Source of the DNA: Podarcis vaucheri
Lineage: Eukaryota
DNA: 64,000 bases
Assembly: GCA_965113315.1 (NCBI GenBank)
Contig: OZ220364.1
Reading direction: 5' to 3' (one strand)
Shown here piece after piece: positions 24,753-38,343 of the stretch (the first letter of the stretch is position 1; the number at the start of each line of letters is the position of its first letter). The translations under genes were made by a program, and so were the position numbers. The notes beneath the pieces are model-generated. The model saw nothing but the letters and a program-made list of their open reading frames with translations. It did no database searches and had not been told where the DNA came from.

Positions 24753-25971
24753 ATATAGGTCTACCTTGGCTATAACAGAGTGATTATTTTCTGTTTTGCA
24801 ATTCATCATATAATGGCAGTAACATTATAATCACAGGCAGAACAGGCAACTGCTGCCTTTGAAACAAAGCAATTTGTACCTTTGCCTCTCACTGTCTGAT
24901 AAAATTCATGTTTACAGAACAATTCAAAATACAAAGAATTCACATGCAAGATCCACAAGGAGTAAAGGAAAACGTGCAGCACCATTTAGTATATTGTGAA
25001 GATTTTTATTTGAGTATAGGCCCATCAATGTGCCTGAATATCATTTAATGATATTAGTGTGGATATTTATAACTGGTGGTTGCATGTTCAAAAACCATCT
25101 CAAATGGCATGCCCGTCTAAAGAGTCATTCTAATTCCCAAATATTGCCATTGGAATTGTGTAAATTAAATAAGTTCATTTTTTATTCTGCCAAGGTTTTG
25201 CTATTGTTTTTTTAAAAATAAATTGAGTTGCCATTATTATGTATGCTCAGAAGAATCCAGATGACTTTGCTCACTGGACACACTACTAGAAATATAAAAT
25301 AAATCGTAGCAAACTGAACTGCTGCAAGAGAATGTCCTAAACTAACTCCATGCTGCCCTGAAATTAAATCACTCAATTTTTAAACATCCATTAAAGATGA
25401 AGCCCAAAGGAGCATTCAGGTATGTCCTCGATCAAGAAAGTGATTCAGCATTTGTTCTTTCTCTTGCATGCATTATCAGAGCTGCTCCTGTGGGTGGCTG
25501 TCTGCATCTCGTACTTACCTAGTGAGCTGGAGACTTAGGGCAGCAAGCACAGATGATTTGCTACCCATTCGTGTTTAGACGAATCTGACTTGGCAGCTTG
25601 CCTGGGTGTGCTTGTGGGAGTGAGGTAATGGTTCATAGGAAGAAGCTCTCTGACTTGGATATCTCAAGCTAATGAGCTCTTTATCACCCCACGGGCCTGA
25701 TGATGTTGGTAAGAATGAGGCTGTCGGAAGAACAAGCTTGTTACGCTGACATGTATTAAGCCATTGATATTGTGTCTTTCTCCAGGTGAGGGAAAAAAGC
25801 TTCTAATGGGAAGCTGCTGTTAGGTTTGCTACGTTTACCAATCATTTTTTAAAATGTCACTAATTTGGATTCAGCAACGTGGGCACATAATCCATACGTG
25901 GGATTCATAATCCATAAACTCATTTTATTATGCACAGCAAGACATGAAGAACAAGAGGATAGATGTTAAGG

Positions 25972-26222
25972 CAGGGGTAGGCAACCTAAGGCCCGTGGCC
26001 GGATGCGGCCCAATCGCCTTCTCAATCCAGCTCATGGGTTGTCTAGGAATCAGCATGTTTTTACATGAGTAGAATGTGTGCTTTTATTTAAAATGCATCT
26101 CTGGGTTATTTGTGGGGCATAGAAATTCATTCATCCCCCCAAAAAAAATATAGTCCGGCCCCCCCCCCATGGTCTGAGGGATGGTGGACCAGCCCACGGC
26201 TGGAAAAGGTTGATGACCCCTG
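25972..26222 (-). mobile_element. hAT Charlie-like MITE, ~250 bp family
   Basis: Inverted copy of 22131-22380; TSD TGTTAAGG/TATTAAGG. Confidence 0.9.
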
Positions 26223-26229
26223 TATTAAG

Positions 26230-26261
26230 GGCTATGGTCTGCAAAGGCTATGGTCTGCAAA
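26230..26261. repeat. 16-bp perfect tandem duplication GGCTATGGTCTGCAAA
   Basis: Direct; it abuts the MITE TSD. Confidence 0.9.
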
Positions 26262-26313
26262 TTCTTGAATGATTCTGGGTCTCTTACAGAGCTACTCAAG
26301 AGTAAATTATATA

Positions 26314-26519
26314 CAGTGGTACCTCGGGTTACAGACGCTTCAGGTTACAGACTCCGCTAACCCAGAAATAGTACCATGGGTTAAGAACTTTGCTTCAGGA
26401 TGAGAACAGAAATTGCGTGGCAGCACGGCGGTAGCGGGAGGCCCCATTAGCTAACGTGGTACCTCAGGTTAAGAATGGACCTCCAGGATGAATTAAGTTC
26501 TTAACCTGAGGTACCACTG
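26314..26519 (-). mobile_element. Tigger/pogo-like MITE
   Basis: TIR CAGTGGTACCTC / GAGGTACCACTG with TA flanks. Confidence 0.92.
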
Positions 26520-27329
26520 TACAAAGTTTGTGATGTGTGTGCTTTGAAGCAAGAATTGAGTAATGTGACCTGGTTGGCAGCCAAGTAGGAAGATGAAGAC
26601 TGAAGCGGGGTCATTCAATTCCGCTTCATGCTCCAGTGCACCCACTATAAAGTACTTCTGTGCTTTTATTCACTGTGAAAGTTCTTTGTGTGTCTTTTGT
26701 AGTTTTGCTGTAAAATAAATACTTATTTATTAAGATTCCCATACTGCCTTTCTGCAGAGTTTCCAGGGTGGTTTACAAAGAAAAAAAGAAAGACTACTAA
26801 CATGTTTTTGACCTGAACATTAAGCTATTTAACGCTTTACATATTCCAGTGTTTTAAATAACTATGTAACATTGAGTTGCATACAACAAAGTAAATGCAC
26901 AAATGGAACAAATTCTGCTTGTGCAACAGAACTTCCCCTTTCTCTCCATGACCGCTGTAAACCCCAAAAAAACCTTCTCTGGTATCCCCCCAAACCTCTG
27001 GAATAGATTTGCATGGTATGAGGCATGCAGGTGAGGTGATTGCCCATCCTTGTGGCTGTACACGTTTGGGCAGATTTATTCTGAAACTCCAGGGTATGTT
27101 TTTGGTGTGATAACCAGGCAGTGGTGAGAATCCCGGTGAAACATTCTTCCCAGTCTGACAGGTTCATCAGGTTGCTTCAGGCTTGCTGGCTAGCATCTCT
27201 TTCTTAGCAAGTTTGTTCCAGGCCTTGACAACAACATAGCAGATGCTCTGCCTTGGTTTCAGGAGAATCACTTTCAAGCTCTTGCACCTTGGGCTTGGCC
27301 CTTTCCCATGGAGTTGTGGGCACTTGGAA

Positions 27330-28000
27330 GCACACTGCAACACAGGGAGTATTACAGTCCATTGTCCTCACTACATTTCAGCCATACTCCAGGGCATGGT
27401 CTTCCTTCAAGGTCCTTGGGTCTTAAGCTGGAGTGGGTCCTCACCCATCTCATCCTCGTGCAATATCTCATGTCTCTTAAGGAATGGGATTTAGCAGTCA
27501 AGACAATGTCCTTGCACATAGCAGTTATCATTCTATTCTGCAAACTCCTCTGGTTACCTGATCCCTGTAACTCCTTTCACATATGCAGGCTGCTGGAGGG
27601 CCAGCATAGGCACAATCCTCTAACCCTGAGCACTGGGAGGCCAGTCACATACAAACTCCATCAGTCTTTTCTGGATGCCTTACTCTCTAGCATATTTTGG
27701 AGCTCCATGGGTCAGGGAGTGCACTGCAAGACTCTCAACATTCCCAGCCACCAGGGGACTCCTGCAAAACAACCTGCAGCTGTCTAACTCTTCCCTGAGG
27801 CTGCAGGTGCAAGTTTCAAAGACCAACCAGTGGGGTGAAGGGGCTGAACACCTCTCCCCATTCTGGCCCTGCCCCGTGGCTGACACCAGGAATTTTTTGG
27901 CCTACTGTAATCAATAAAGTTGTGGCCTGTTTAAATCCCAAAATGCTTGTCCTTGTTCATTGTAATCTCAGCTGGGACTTGCAGCCTGTGGCTCCACTAT
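27330..28000 (+). mobile_element. DIRS/Ngaro-type retrotransposon remnant (tyrosine recombinase fragment)
   Basis: ORF 27308-27787 (YLMSL..LAVKTM..HIAVI..FCKL..PDP..F.I.RLLEG..R..RPVT) and ORF 27675-27917 (YSLAYFGAPWVRE..SKTNQWGEG..PCPV) match YR motifs AFFGALRxxE, SKTDQ and CPV. They are followed by an AATAAAGTTGTGGCC terminal-repeat-like segment. Confidence 0.8.
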
Positions 28001-30864
28001 GCCTTGGGCCCACAACTTCAGTACGTGTTTAAAGTATAGCAGGAACAAAACACTAAAAAAATAATTTTTATGTTTTCCATTTCTTTGGTTGTGACATCTA
28101 TAAAAAGATAAAGGGCAGCTCTATAAGAACCCAGCCTCAGCTCCTTATCTCTTGTTTGAATAGTTAAATGCCATCTTGGTTATTACTCATGCTTTCAACT
28201 ATTGAAGAATTTTCCTTGCACACTGACTTCTGCGCTGTGAATCAGATCTGCAATTTAGACACGCAGCATGCATGCTGAGGATGCCCACAAAAAGGCAAAT
28301 ATGCTAATCCCTGCCATTTCTATTTTGGCTTTCAATTTGGCTTCACTGATACAGCTCTCATGAAATTGCTCATATTGAATACAGTAGTCTTCTTTGAGAC
28401 AGAGGTCTCACATCGCTTAGGAAGATGGGAGTTGTAGTCTAATAGCATCTGAGGGCACCATGTTGGCTACCTCTGGGCTATGCATTTGGGGAGGCTTCAA
28501 CTGGGTGCTATGGGACAGCAGTATTTTGCTGTTATAAATTGATTTGTTAATGTTCTTGCTGCTAAATGTTGAATTGCGGTTTTCATAATCTTTAGTTTAT
28601 TCCAAATTGGTTAAATGGTACAATATTGAGGGCTCAGTGTGGTTTGAAACTGCAGGATAGTACAGTGTCCCCCAAATCTGCTCTGGATGGCAGAAGGAGA
28701 TGAAGAGAGAGGGAAGGATGGAGAAGTCCTGCTACACACACTATGTTGGATCTTGCCCCAATGTTCTCTCTCTCACACACAAACACACACACACACACTT
28801 GAAAGAAACCTTTTTAAAAAGACAACTGGGGTGTGCCTTTTGTGGGCTCTAAACACTTCCTAATATTCCAAGTTATTCAGGGCACACAGTGAGTCCCTAG
28901 CCACCATGAAGTCTAGAATATTAGCAGTGACAATTCCCTATGAACCACCTTCAAAACTCCAACCTATGGCCTTAAGACTGATGATGAACAGGTGAGTATA
29001 CATTAGTGCTTTTACAGTGACTTCTGGGGTTAATCTCTATTGAGATAAAGCAGCAGGTTCAGCATGTGACTGATGCTCTGGCTCAGGGGCAAGGATCCTC
29101 TGTTTCTTTGCCAGCAATGCCCAGTTAGAGCAGTCAAAAGGAGTGGAGAAGAGCTCTCTTGCACCTTCACATACCCTCCAATCCCACGATCAAATCAGAA
29201 ACTGGGGTGGCTTCTCTGAATCAAGGATGTCCCTGGAAAACAGGGACACTTGGAGGGTCTGCCTTCACGGTTACTGGAGTGAATGCTGACTGGTCTGGAG
29301 ATCCCTTTATTGTTAAATTGCATCAAGATCTTTCATAGTGAATCATGGTGGAATTAAATTAATAGGGACCCTTAGTTTCCCCCTCACTTATGGAACTATG
29401 ATTCCAAGCTTCTCTGGGGAAATGGGAAGACTATTAAACCAATTTAAGTTGGTGGTCCACTGCCATCTAGGTAAAGAGCGTTGTCTGGGCATGTAAATTC
29501 AGTAGGTATGAGATGCACAAGGATTTCAAGTGAACTTTGGAATTTCCTAAGCTAAATAGAAGAAATCATCGTTCAACATTCCTAGTTGCAAGGTTCCATT
29601 CACTTATTATGTGTGTACCAGAACAGATGTACAGCAGAAATTTTTCTATCTCACAATAAAAATTTAAACCAATAAAACTAAGCTTGAAGCGAAATAAACC
29701 TCCTCTACCTCCCCTCTATTTCTATAAAGCTTCTACAGGATCTACATAAAACCTGGGCCCTGCTCAGGCTCATCTGCTCCAGCCAAGCTATTCTTATCAC
29801 AGGAAACCAACTGTCTGCCGCCATGTTCACGTTTGGCTCCAGTACAAACTTCCTCTCTTGAAGAAGCACACCTGTGGAGGTTACTTTCAGACCTAAACAA
29901 CCTGCTGAGCCATGATCACCGTTCCTCCCTCCCAGTGATGAAAAGGAACTTCTTTATTTTTGCAGGAGGAGCCAAATGCCATAAAGGCACTCTCCATTCA
30001 TTGATTTTAACACAATAAATTATTGCCATTTAGTTCAAGCATTTTATTTTGGGGTCATGTTTTGATTTAAGCTTAACACTGTAAGAAATTGTACAGGAAA
30101 TGCAAAGTGTCGTCCTATAACAACCTGTGATGATATATGACAATTGCTACCTCTACGGTTTTGCAAGCCATTCTTTTACCTGCTTCTGCAGAGCAGATCA
30201 GGAAGGTTCCCCTTTGCTGCATGTTGGTAGGCATTCAATAGCACTTAGACATTATAACAAAATCCAAATGTTATCCATACAAGTGCCTCCATTTTAACAA
30301 GTGTTGCATGGGCTAAGTAACCTCTGGTCAACAGAACAGACGAAGTATGCAGATACTAACACTCATTTTAACGAGGTAAAGCAAAAAACAGATTCTTACA
30401 GCATGGTCAATAACTGTGAATGACAAAGCTCAGCAACAGCCTCATAAGTTATGTGGAAGGCTGGACTGCACTGAAGGGTCCTGGCTCACAACAGAGTAGC
30501 AAGGAATAGCTGTCTGAGCAACACACTAAGTTTTCAGTGAATGAGCACAGCGATACTAGGAAAAACCTTATTGCTCCATAAAATGTGGGATTATTTAAAA
30601 ATAGAAATATCCTGCCTTGCAATAATGGGCAAGTATAAATGAGATTATTATGGATCAGGCAAATCAAAGCAGGACAATATGATGTTTAGTAGAGTTGTTG
30701 TTTTTTTTAAAAAAATTAAGCCTCCATCCCAATGCCACAGGAAAATCTCCACTGAACAGTTTGAAGAGCACAGCTCCATGGAATTGCTATGCAAACTCAC
30801 CTTGTGCACTTTTGCATAAACCCACTCTCTGCCCACATCCTTCAGGTAAGCACAATAAAGCACT

Positions 30865-31090
30865 TAAGGACATAAAGCCCTGCTAGAACAGACAATGGGT
30901 TTATCTAGTCCAACATCCCATTTCTCACCTTGACCAATGAGATGACTCTCAAAAGCCCACAAGAAGTGCACTTCTGCAGCCACAAATGACTCCTCTGGTT
31001 GCTCTCAACCAGCTGGTATTCAGCGGCCATAGTCAATATATAGCCACAATGACCAGTATCCATAGCCTTATCATCCATTAAATTATTGAA
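30865..31090 (-). mobile_element. CR1-type LINE 3' end (decayed)
   Basis: Similar in reverse complement to the CR1 tails at 51340-51579 and 58350-58452. Confidence 0.5.
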
Positions 31091-34000
31091 TCCCCTTTTT
31101 CAAAGATCGTCACAATGAAATATGAGGCCATACGGCAATGCCATGGCAGAAGGTGGGTTTTGGCCCTAAGCTCCTTGGATCAGACCCCACCGAAACACTT
31201 TGTAATAGCAATGACCTTCTGCAAAGTCTGAGTTGGAGAGATTCATGCTGAGGAACATGCATGGTGTTTGGTACCACATCCCATAATCATCCTTCCCCCC
31301 CCCTCCAAAGTATGTCTCAGAATTCTGAAATAAAAGGAACATTTTCCTGCAAGTTTTTGAATGGGGTAGTGGGGAATTACAGACTAGGTTCCTAGGTCTT
31401 CAGTTTGAAGCATTTCCTGTCTCTGTACAGCACAGAAATGCCACAATCCCCACCCCCCGCCACATTGCCATATGGCTTTCAGCTACCCCCAGAAGAACAG
31501 GAGAAAAAGAATCTGCCTCTTTCCCCACTACTCAACCACAATTTGCCTGCTTGATAACTTTGCAGACTCTTTTGTCTCTCTATCTGTTTTTTTCCTGGCC
31601 AGCACTCTTGATGATGCAGAGAACCAACTTTTCATTTTTTCCTGAAGAAAAGGCCACCACTCAGGTAATGGGCATGCCCATCTTGATGCATGTATTCATG
31701 GAACGGGCCGGAGAAATCAGGGTAGGCTGCCATTTTTCCATTCATCTTCTAAATTACTGCTAGTGAAAACACCAGCCCACATTACAGAAACATACAAGCC
31801 ATTACGCCTGAAATGGAAGTTCAGTGTTAAGATGGCTAAAACTGTTGTTGCAACATCTTACCTTCTCCAGGCTTTTGCTAGTGTCTCCAACTATTGCTTT
31901 AGAATGGGGAACACTCTTTGCAAAACAAGTTCCCATACCCAGTCTTTCCATGACCTAAAATACACGGACTCTTTCCTATGTGTTCCCCACCTCTCTTTAA
32001 ACTCTCTCTCTCTCCCCCCCCATCTTCATCTTTGCTGGTGACATCATGCTTCATGCCCTGAAGAGGAAGCTTTTCTGACAACTTTTCAATGGCAAGGCCC
32101 AGACAAGCCTCCATTCTGCTCCTCAAAGACCCCATCCGAACTGTCCACAAGCAGGATGAACTGTTTTCCCTTTAGACTTTTCACCCTGCTGTTGTAAATC
32201 CCATTGGCATCCAGCCAAGGCCTATGCTAGACACAGCCATAATAGAGTCATTTTTCTTCTGCCCTTCGCAGAAGGAAACAGCAGAAATGCTCTCCTTTCA
32301 AATAGTTTAACAAAGTGCAGATCCCAATTGAAGGTGACTCTGTAACCTCTCCAGCAGAAACCATTGGCTCCACTGCCCTGTGCTCACCCCATAAGGAAGT
32401 AGAGGCCAACACAGACAATTTAAAGGGAAGCATGTATAAGGAGCTGCCTTCATAGCAGCAGTAATGTGGAGATGCAGCTGCTCCCCTGGGCTACATCATA
32501 TGAGAAAATGGGCAGATGAGGGGAATAGTTTTGGAGGAGGGAGGAGCTCTATGAAATTGGTATGGAAAACAACATATTTCTAGGTGATGCTAGGGTCTCA
32601 CATTCTTCACTCAGTACATTATCCTCTTCCGATTCCTCCACACTCCTCACTGGTTTGCTGCCCTTGCTTCTCCTTCCTTCTCCCCGCACCGTCCAAATTC
32701 AGATTGTAAGTTCCACACAGCAGAGACTTCTTCTGCTACTTGTGCTTTCACAAGAAGCTATGAGGACAATATATAAATCAATGGGACGACCACAAAAGCC
32801 TACACCTGTCCGTCTGCTTACACAAAACAGAAAATGAGCCAACCAGAATGGACCCATAACTGGCTTTTAAAGAGATAGGGCCCACAAATAAGTCACAATG
32901 AGTTTGGAAACACAAAAGATTATTTCACTTGTAGGTCAGGCACGAGGCCTGGGTGATGGATCTGCTTGCTGAATGTTTAGGAAATGCTGAACTTTCTTAT
33001 GTGTGTAGTAAAGATCCACAACAGAAATGATCTGCCCACCTCCCACCCCTCATTCTTTTTTTTGCCAGGCATATAACAAGCACAATCATGAACAACATGT
33101 GCATCACCTTTTGGTGCAAATGGTACCAGTCACCCCCACCCCCAGCAAAAAGTACAGAGCAAAGCCTACTTGGGAGCAAAAGAAGAGGCAGTTCCAGCAT
33201 TTTCCCTGGTCAGCTGGCACTACTCCATATAGTGAAGCTTGAATCAAAGCAGAAACTCGGCATCAGAGTTAATGAAATGGCACAGAATTGTTCTCTAATC
33301 TTCCTCAAGCAATCCAAGTGCCAGTCCCTATCTCACCACTCCATCATTACTTGTGTTCCTGTTACGTTTTCTCAGTTAATGAACTCCAAATGGCTTCTTG
33401 TTCTGGTGCAGAGTTTGCATTGTCATTTGGATCTTGTATTTTCTTTCCACTATGCCAAAGGGTGATGACTCACTTGAATTACACATCACTAATAGCTAAC
33501 AGAAATGTAATGGCATCCACTCCAAAATAGCAATTATTATATCACTGAGGAAGCATGAGACCTCCTGGAGTTCCAGGAAATAAGCACACAGTCATGTTTC
33601 TAGGGCATGCTGGGAAATGTGGAGTCGTCAATAAATGGACATCAATCAACGTAAACTGCCTGTCTCTAGCTACGTCTCCCAGAGATTGAATTTTGGAGCC
33701 AACACTTTTATCAGCCATCATGATAACACAGAACACTTACTGATAAAATTTGCAACACATCTTCCTATTTACCAGTCTCTATGACAACAAAGGATAATGG
33801 GCAGTCTAGAATAAATGGTTATAATAAAGCAAACTGTACGTTAACACTACCACTATGCGCAGGATGATGTATTTAAGGAACTAGATGGAGGTTTATGGAC
33901 AAATAGTGTCTCACATTCTTTCCTTCCTTCATTGGTGTTGGCTAATCATTTGTGATATTCACGCATCTTCACAGAAAGCTCACAAGCAGTGAGTACCTTT

Positions 34001-37000
34001 CCCAGCATCCTAGTAAGGGTCTGTTCCCCCCCCCTCCTCCTCTCCTTCCTTTTAGTCCAAAAATTGTGTATGCGTTCTGTTTTGGAAACAGAGTGTCCGG
34101 AAATATTGTATCAACAATTTCCAAAACAGAAATCCACCAACTCATTAGTTCTGTGATAAAAGTAGAAATGGCCTAGTAACAGTTTCCCCATTTCTCAAGA
34201 ACATGACATGCTGCTGTGTCTTGCCTTTGCTCATGAAACAGCTCCTAAGGGCTGAAGGACTGGGGGATGAGGACAGTGCGGCACATTCAACCCTGATTCA
34301 GAGAAGGAAGGGGGGTAACTCACCATGCCAGCTAAGCAGACATTCTAGTATAGAACGCTAGCTCACAACATGAGCTCTGTTGGATTTGGACAAAAAACCA
34401 TTGAGTCCTGCATTCTGCTCTCAGAGTGGCCAACTAAGAGAAGCTCACCAGCAGGACCCAACAGAACTCCTTCTGCTTGTGGTGCTCAGCAACTAGTCAT
34501 CAGAGGCAAACTGGAGGTAGAACATAGCCAGCAGACCACAGAATATTGGACTACTGGTTTAGAGGCATAAAAGGGTATTGAAGCTGCAGTTTGTTCTTAA
34601 TAGAAGCATTACAGCCACATCCTTGGGATGGAGGCTGTGCAGACTAAGCTAACCTGGCTAATAGTTCTGATGCCTGCTTTCTCTGACAAATTAACTATAT
34701 CAACAAGTTGATAATTGGGCCCTGGTTGGGCATCATATCTGTTGCATTTGCATGCCTCAGTTGCCTAGAAATGACTAGGAGAGGCAAAGCTGAGGGTGGT
34801 CTACAGATAAGCTTACCTAACTCTAAGTTAAGCCAACCCTTAGTTATTCAAAATTAAATTTTCCATGCCTTAGGGATATTTGGTTTTAATTTTTTGTTAT
34901 TTGTTTTTGCCTTTTAGTTTATTTCTTTAATGGTTTGGCCATAACCAAGGAGGGTGATAAAGAAACCTTCTAATGCTGGCCCCCATATCCCGTCTACTAT
35001 TAACTGTGTTATGAGCAGAATGTTTTCCAACCACTAAGGCACAGGTTTTTTTTCTGGAAAAGAGAAGTTGAAAGAGTAGCTGGAGTGTGTGTTTGTGGGA
35101 AACAGAAGAGAGGCCATACTTCAGTGGTAGAACGTATGCACAGCTTACAGAGTTACACATGCATGTATTGGAGACCCTAGGATATGAACTTGTCACCCAC
35201 CTGTCCCTTTATACAAAGCTCCTTGGGAGACAACTTCTTTTCCTTCCTGGGAAATGACATTGCCACAAGCAATCTTGCCTGAAAACTGCCAGCACAGACT
35301 CTGAAGACTCCTGAGCAATATCAGAAGTGGGAGATATTTGTTTAGAAATATCAATGTTCTGGACATTTAAAAATAGTGTCCTGACTTTCCACAGCTTAGT
35401 ATATTGCGTCATGAGCAACTGCACCCCTAGGCTATTAAGTTCTTTGCTAAGCACATCTATGTATTCCTGATGGGCCACTCACACTGAGATAATTCCTTCT
35501 CACATTATCCACATAACATGCACAGTGAGAGGAGCAGCTAGGAGTCTCCTTTGGTTCCAGATTTTAATTCAGAAAAAGTCCTTTTCAACACTGCCTGCAG
35601 CTTAAACCCTCCATTCTTTACCAGACATGGCCTCAAGGCTAGTGACAGTAATTGCTAGCAGCATTTAAATGGCAGTCTCCCAGAAATAGCGTGAATCAAT
35701 TTGACCTCTATAGTCTGGATCTACTTCATGAACCAAGCAAATCAATGAAGACAATTAGCAACAGAAATGGTAATTGTGGAAGCAACCAATATCTCCACCA
35801 AAAATAACGTCATTTCCATGTGGCATGGAATTTCTCTCTAACTTAACAGGAGCCATGGGTTGTCCAGTGCCAACTGGAAAATATACTATATGCTCCACAG
35901 AAGTGGAAAGGTCTCCAATTCTCTAGTACAGCACATGCTTTGCATGCAAAAGATCTTAGATTCAGACACCAACATGTCTAGTTAAAGGTAGCAGGACTCC
36001 TTGCTGAGCCCAGCAGCCCTTTGAGAGCAAGCATTATGCCTTACAGGTATGATGTATACACAGTCAGAATCACAGCAGAGGTTCAAATGCTCACAAAGAG
36101 TCATATTTTAACTTGACATGGCTCCTACCCTACTACTGCCTCAAAATACCTCTTGCTCTCCAGTGTTCAGGGCACAAAAATCTCCAAGAGTGCTTGCAGT
36201 TGGGAGCTTTAACATAGCAAAATAACGTTTTTCAGCTAGGTATCTCAAACACTGGCAATAGTTACATGGATTTTCAAACTGAACAGATTTTCAGTAAATG
36301 TAAATGGTAAATGTAGATCTAGCTACAATGGGAAAAATACAGGCTGGCATTCTGATGCCAAAGATGCTGTGTGAACACTGCAGGAAGAAGAAGAAAATCC
36401 GCCTGCATGAGCAGTCCAAGTCCCATAATAAACACTAATCTGAAAGCACCACAAGTTTATAACAACAACTATGTGGAACAAATACTAACCTTTCCAAATG
36501 TGTAACCAAAAATAAATCATGCAAACAACAGAAATGTGTATAATCTAATAGTACAAATTTAATCCCACTCACACTACAGCATTTTAGAATGGCTGATCTG
36601 ACACTCCTGATGACTTCCTGAGAAGTGTGTCTCTTAAAGGAGCAGCACATTCATTAATTCCTTCTGTATATCCATAGGCCGCATGCAGTAGAACTGCTTC
36701 CTAGCTGTTGAGTAACTTGCTCTGTAGTAAACACAAGCCCCCTTTCAAAGCCAGAGTTAATTCCGCTGAACTATACAGCTTTGAACCTGCCATTATCAGC
36801 CCCACACCTGCCCTGCCAGGAGGCCTTTATTTAGCACTAACATTCATCACCCCGACTGAGCACATAAATAATGCCATTACCCACTCCAAGCTGTGATAAA
36901 ATTAGCAGTGTAAACAGAGAAAGTAAATGACCTTAGTGGAAAACCATTGTTGATCCTGACCCAACACTTACAAAGCAGATTAGTCAGAGAAGAGTAGGAC

Positions 37001-37963
37001 AGGATGACAAGGGCTCCTGGGGACTGCGTTTTTTTTATTAATTTTTTTAAAAACCCGAGTCTCCAGAATGTTTATTCTTAGGAAAAGATCTAGTTCCCTT
37101 TGCAAATTTTACAAGATCCATGGCTCTCAAAAAAGGAGGTGTTAAAGCAGAGTTCTTTCCTGATATCTGCCAGCTTAGACAGAGTGCTTCCTTACTGCCC
37201 ATCAGTTCTAAACTGCCCCCTTTAATGTGGAAGACAGAGAATGAACAAAGTTTATCCTACCTTGTTTTCTTCTGGGAAATTACTACCTGGAATTCCTCCC
37301 TACTCCAAAAAAAAAAAGTGGGGGGCGGGAGAAAGAATAAATGAAATGAGCTGCCCCTGGCTCTGCACTGGAGACCATATTTCAGAAAGTTTATAGTCTC
37401 CCCCACCCCTCTTGAACCTGGAGGCTTCCCATGAGAATAAACGAAGACCACTGCCCTTACAGAGATTAGTAGAAGCTGCCTGAAACCATTTCCAATTGGC
37501 AGCTGCATCATATGGTGGCAAAATGTGGTCCAACAGCACTTTATATGGAGTGCTCCCATTTATATGGCAAGCATCCATGCTACCGCTACTCGTTTATTGC
37601 CGTGTTCAAATTCACCCCGCAAAAGAACTTCACTGAAAGAGAATTTGCACAAGGACTATAAATGGACCAAGATATCCATTGACTCCTATTTGTATTGCAG
37701 TGTATGTGACAGATATCTAATTGTCTCATTATCTGTATTAGCTTAATTAGGTGGCAAGCTCCTGAAAAGGAGAGACAGAGAAAGGGAGAACGCTAGGGAC
37801 TGAGAATTGCTGCTTACATGGAGCTCATAATATGGGGATCGAGAATACTGGATTTCTTGTGTTTACTCCATGTATCATGTTAGGATAGGCAAAATTTGAT
37901 CCATTTTGGTTCCCCTTGCAAAATGCTTCCTTCCCCACACTTATTGAAAGTATAGGTGCAGAG

Positions 37964-38032
37964 TATTGTTCGTGGTTTTTTTGTAGTGTTTAAATTGTTG
38001 GAAAAGTAATAAATATTATTTTCCAAAAAAAA
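37964..38032 (+). mobile_element. 69-bp L1-like retroposed 3' fragment with AATAAA and A-tail
   Basis: Perfect 18-bp TSD GAAAGTATAGGTGCAGAG at 37946 and 38033. Confidence 0.85.
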
Positions 38033-38213
38033 GAAAGTATAGGTGCAGAGAGGGTTCCTTTGCTTCCCAGCATACATGGGAGTTGTTGCACATGGACACA
38101 GTGGAATTTAGGACTCAACCTGAGGTCCAGTTATTCTTCCAATTTCTCCTCTGCATTTGGGATGTTTGCAAAATGGGACCCATGGAGGATTTGTGGTAGG
38201 GAAACCCTTAGCC

Positions 38214-38343
38214 CAGGCTTCCCCAACTGTGGCTCTCCAGATGTTTTGGGCCTACAACTCCCATGATCCCTAGCTAGCAGGACCAGTGGTCAGGGATGAT
38301 GGGAATTGTAGTCTCAAAACATCTGGAGGGCTGAGGAAGCCTG
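38214..38343. mobile_element. hAT MITE, ~135 bp family
   Basis: Near-identical to 4412-4546; TSD CCTTAGCC/CCTCAGCC. Confidence 0.9.

Noticed and set aside
28981-29073. Box C (ATGATGA) ... box D (CTGA) snoRNA-like spacing; also 25698-25749
   Set aside because: No terminal stem and no recognisable rRNA or snRNA guide; the second candidate is too short.
29817-29861. Strong Kozak-like context GCCGCCATG
   Set aside because: The frame closes after 12 codons with no donor site; it is better read as a YY1-like motif or chance.
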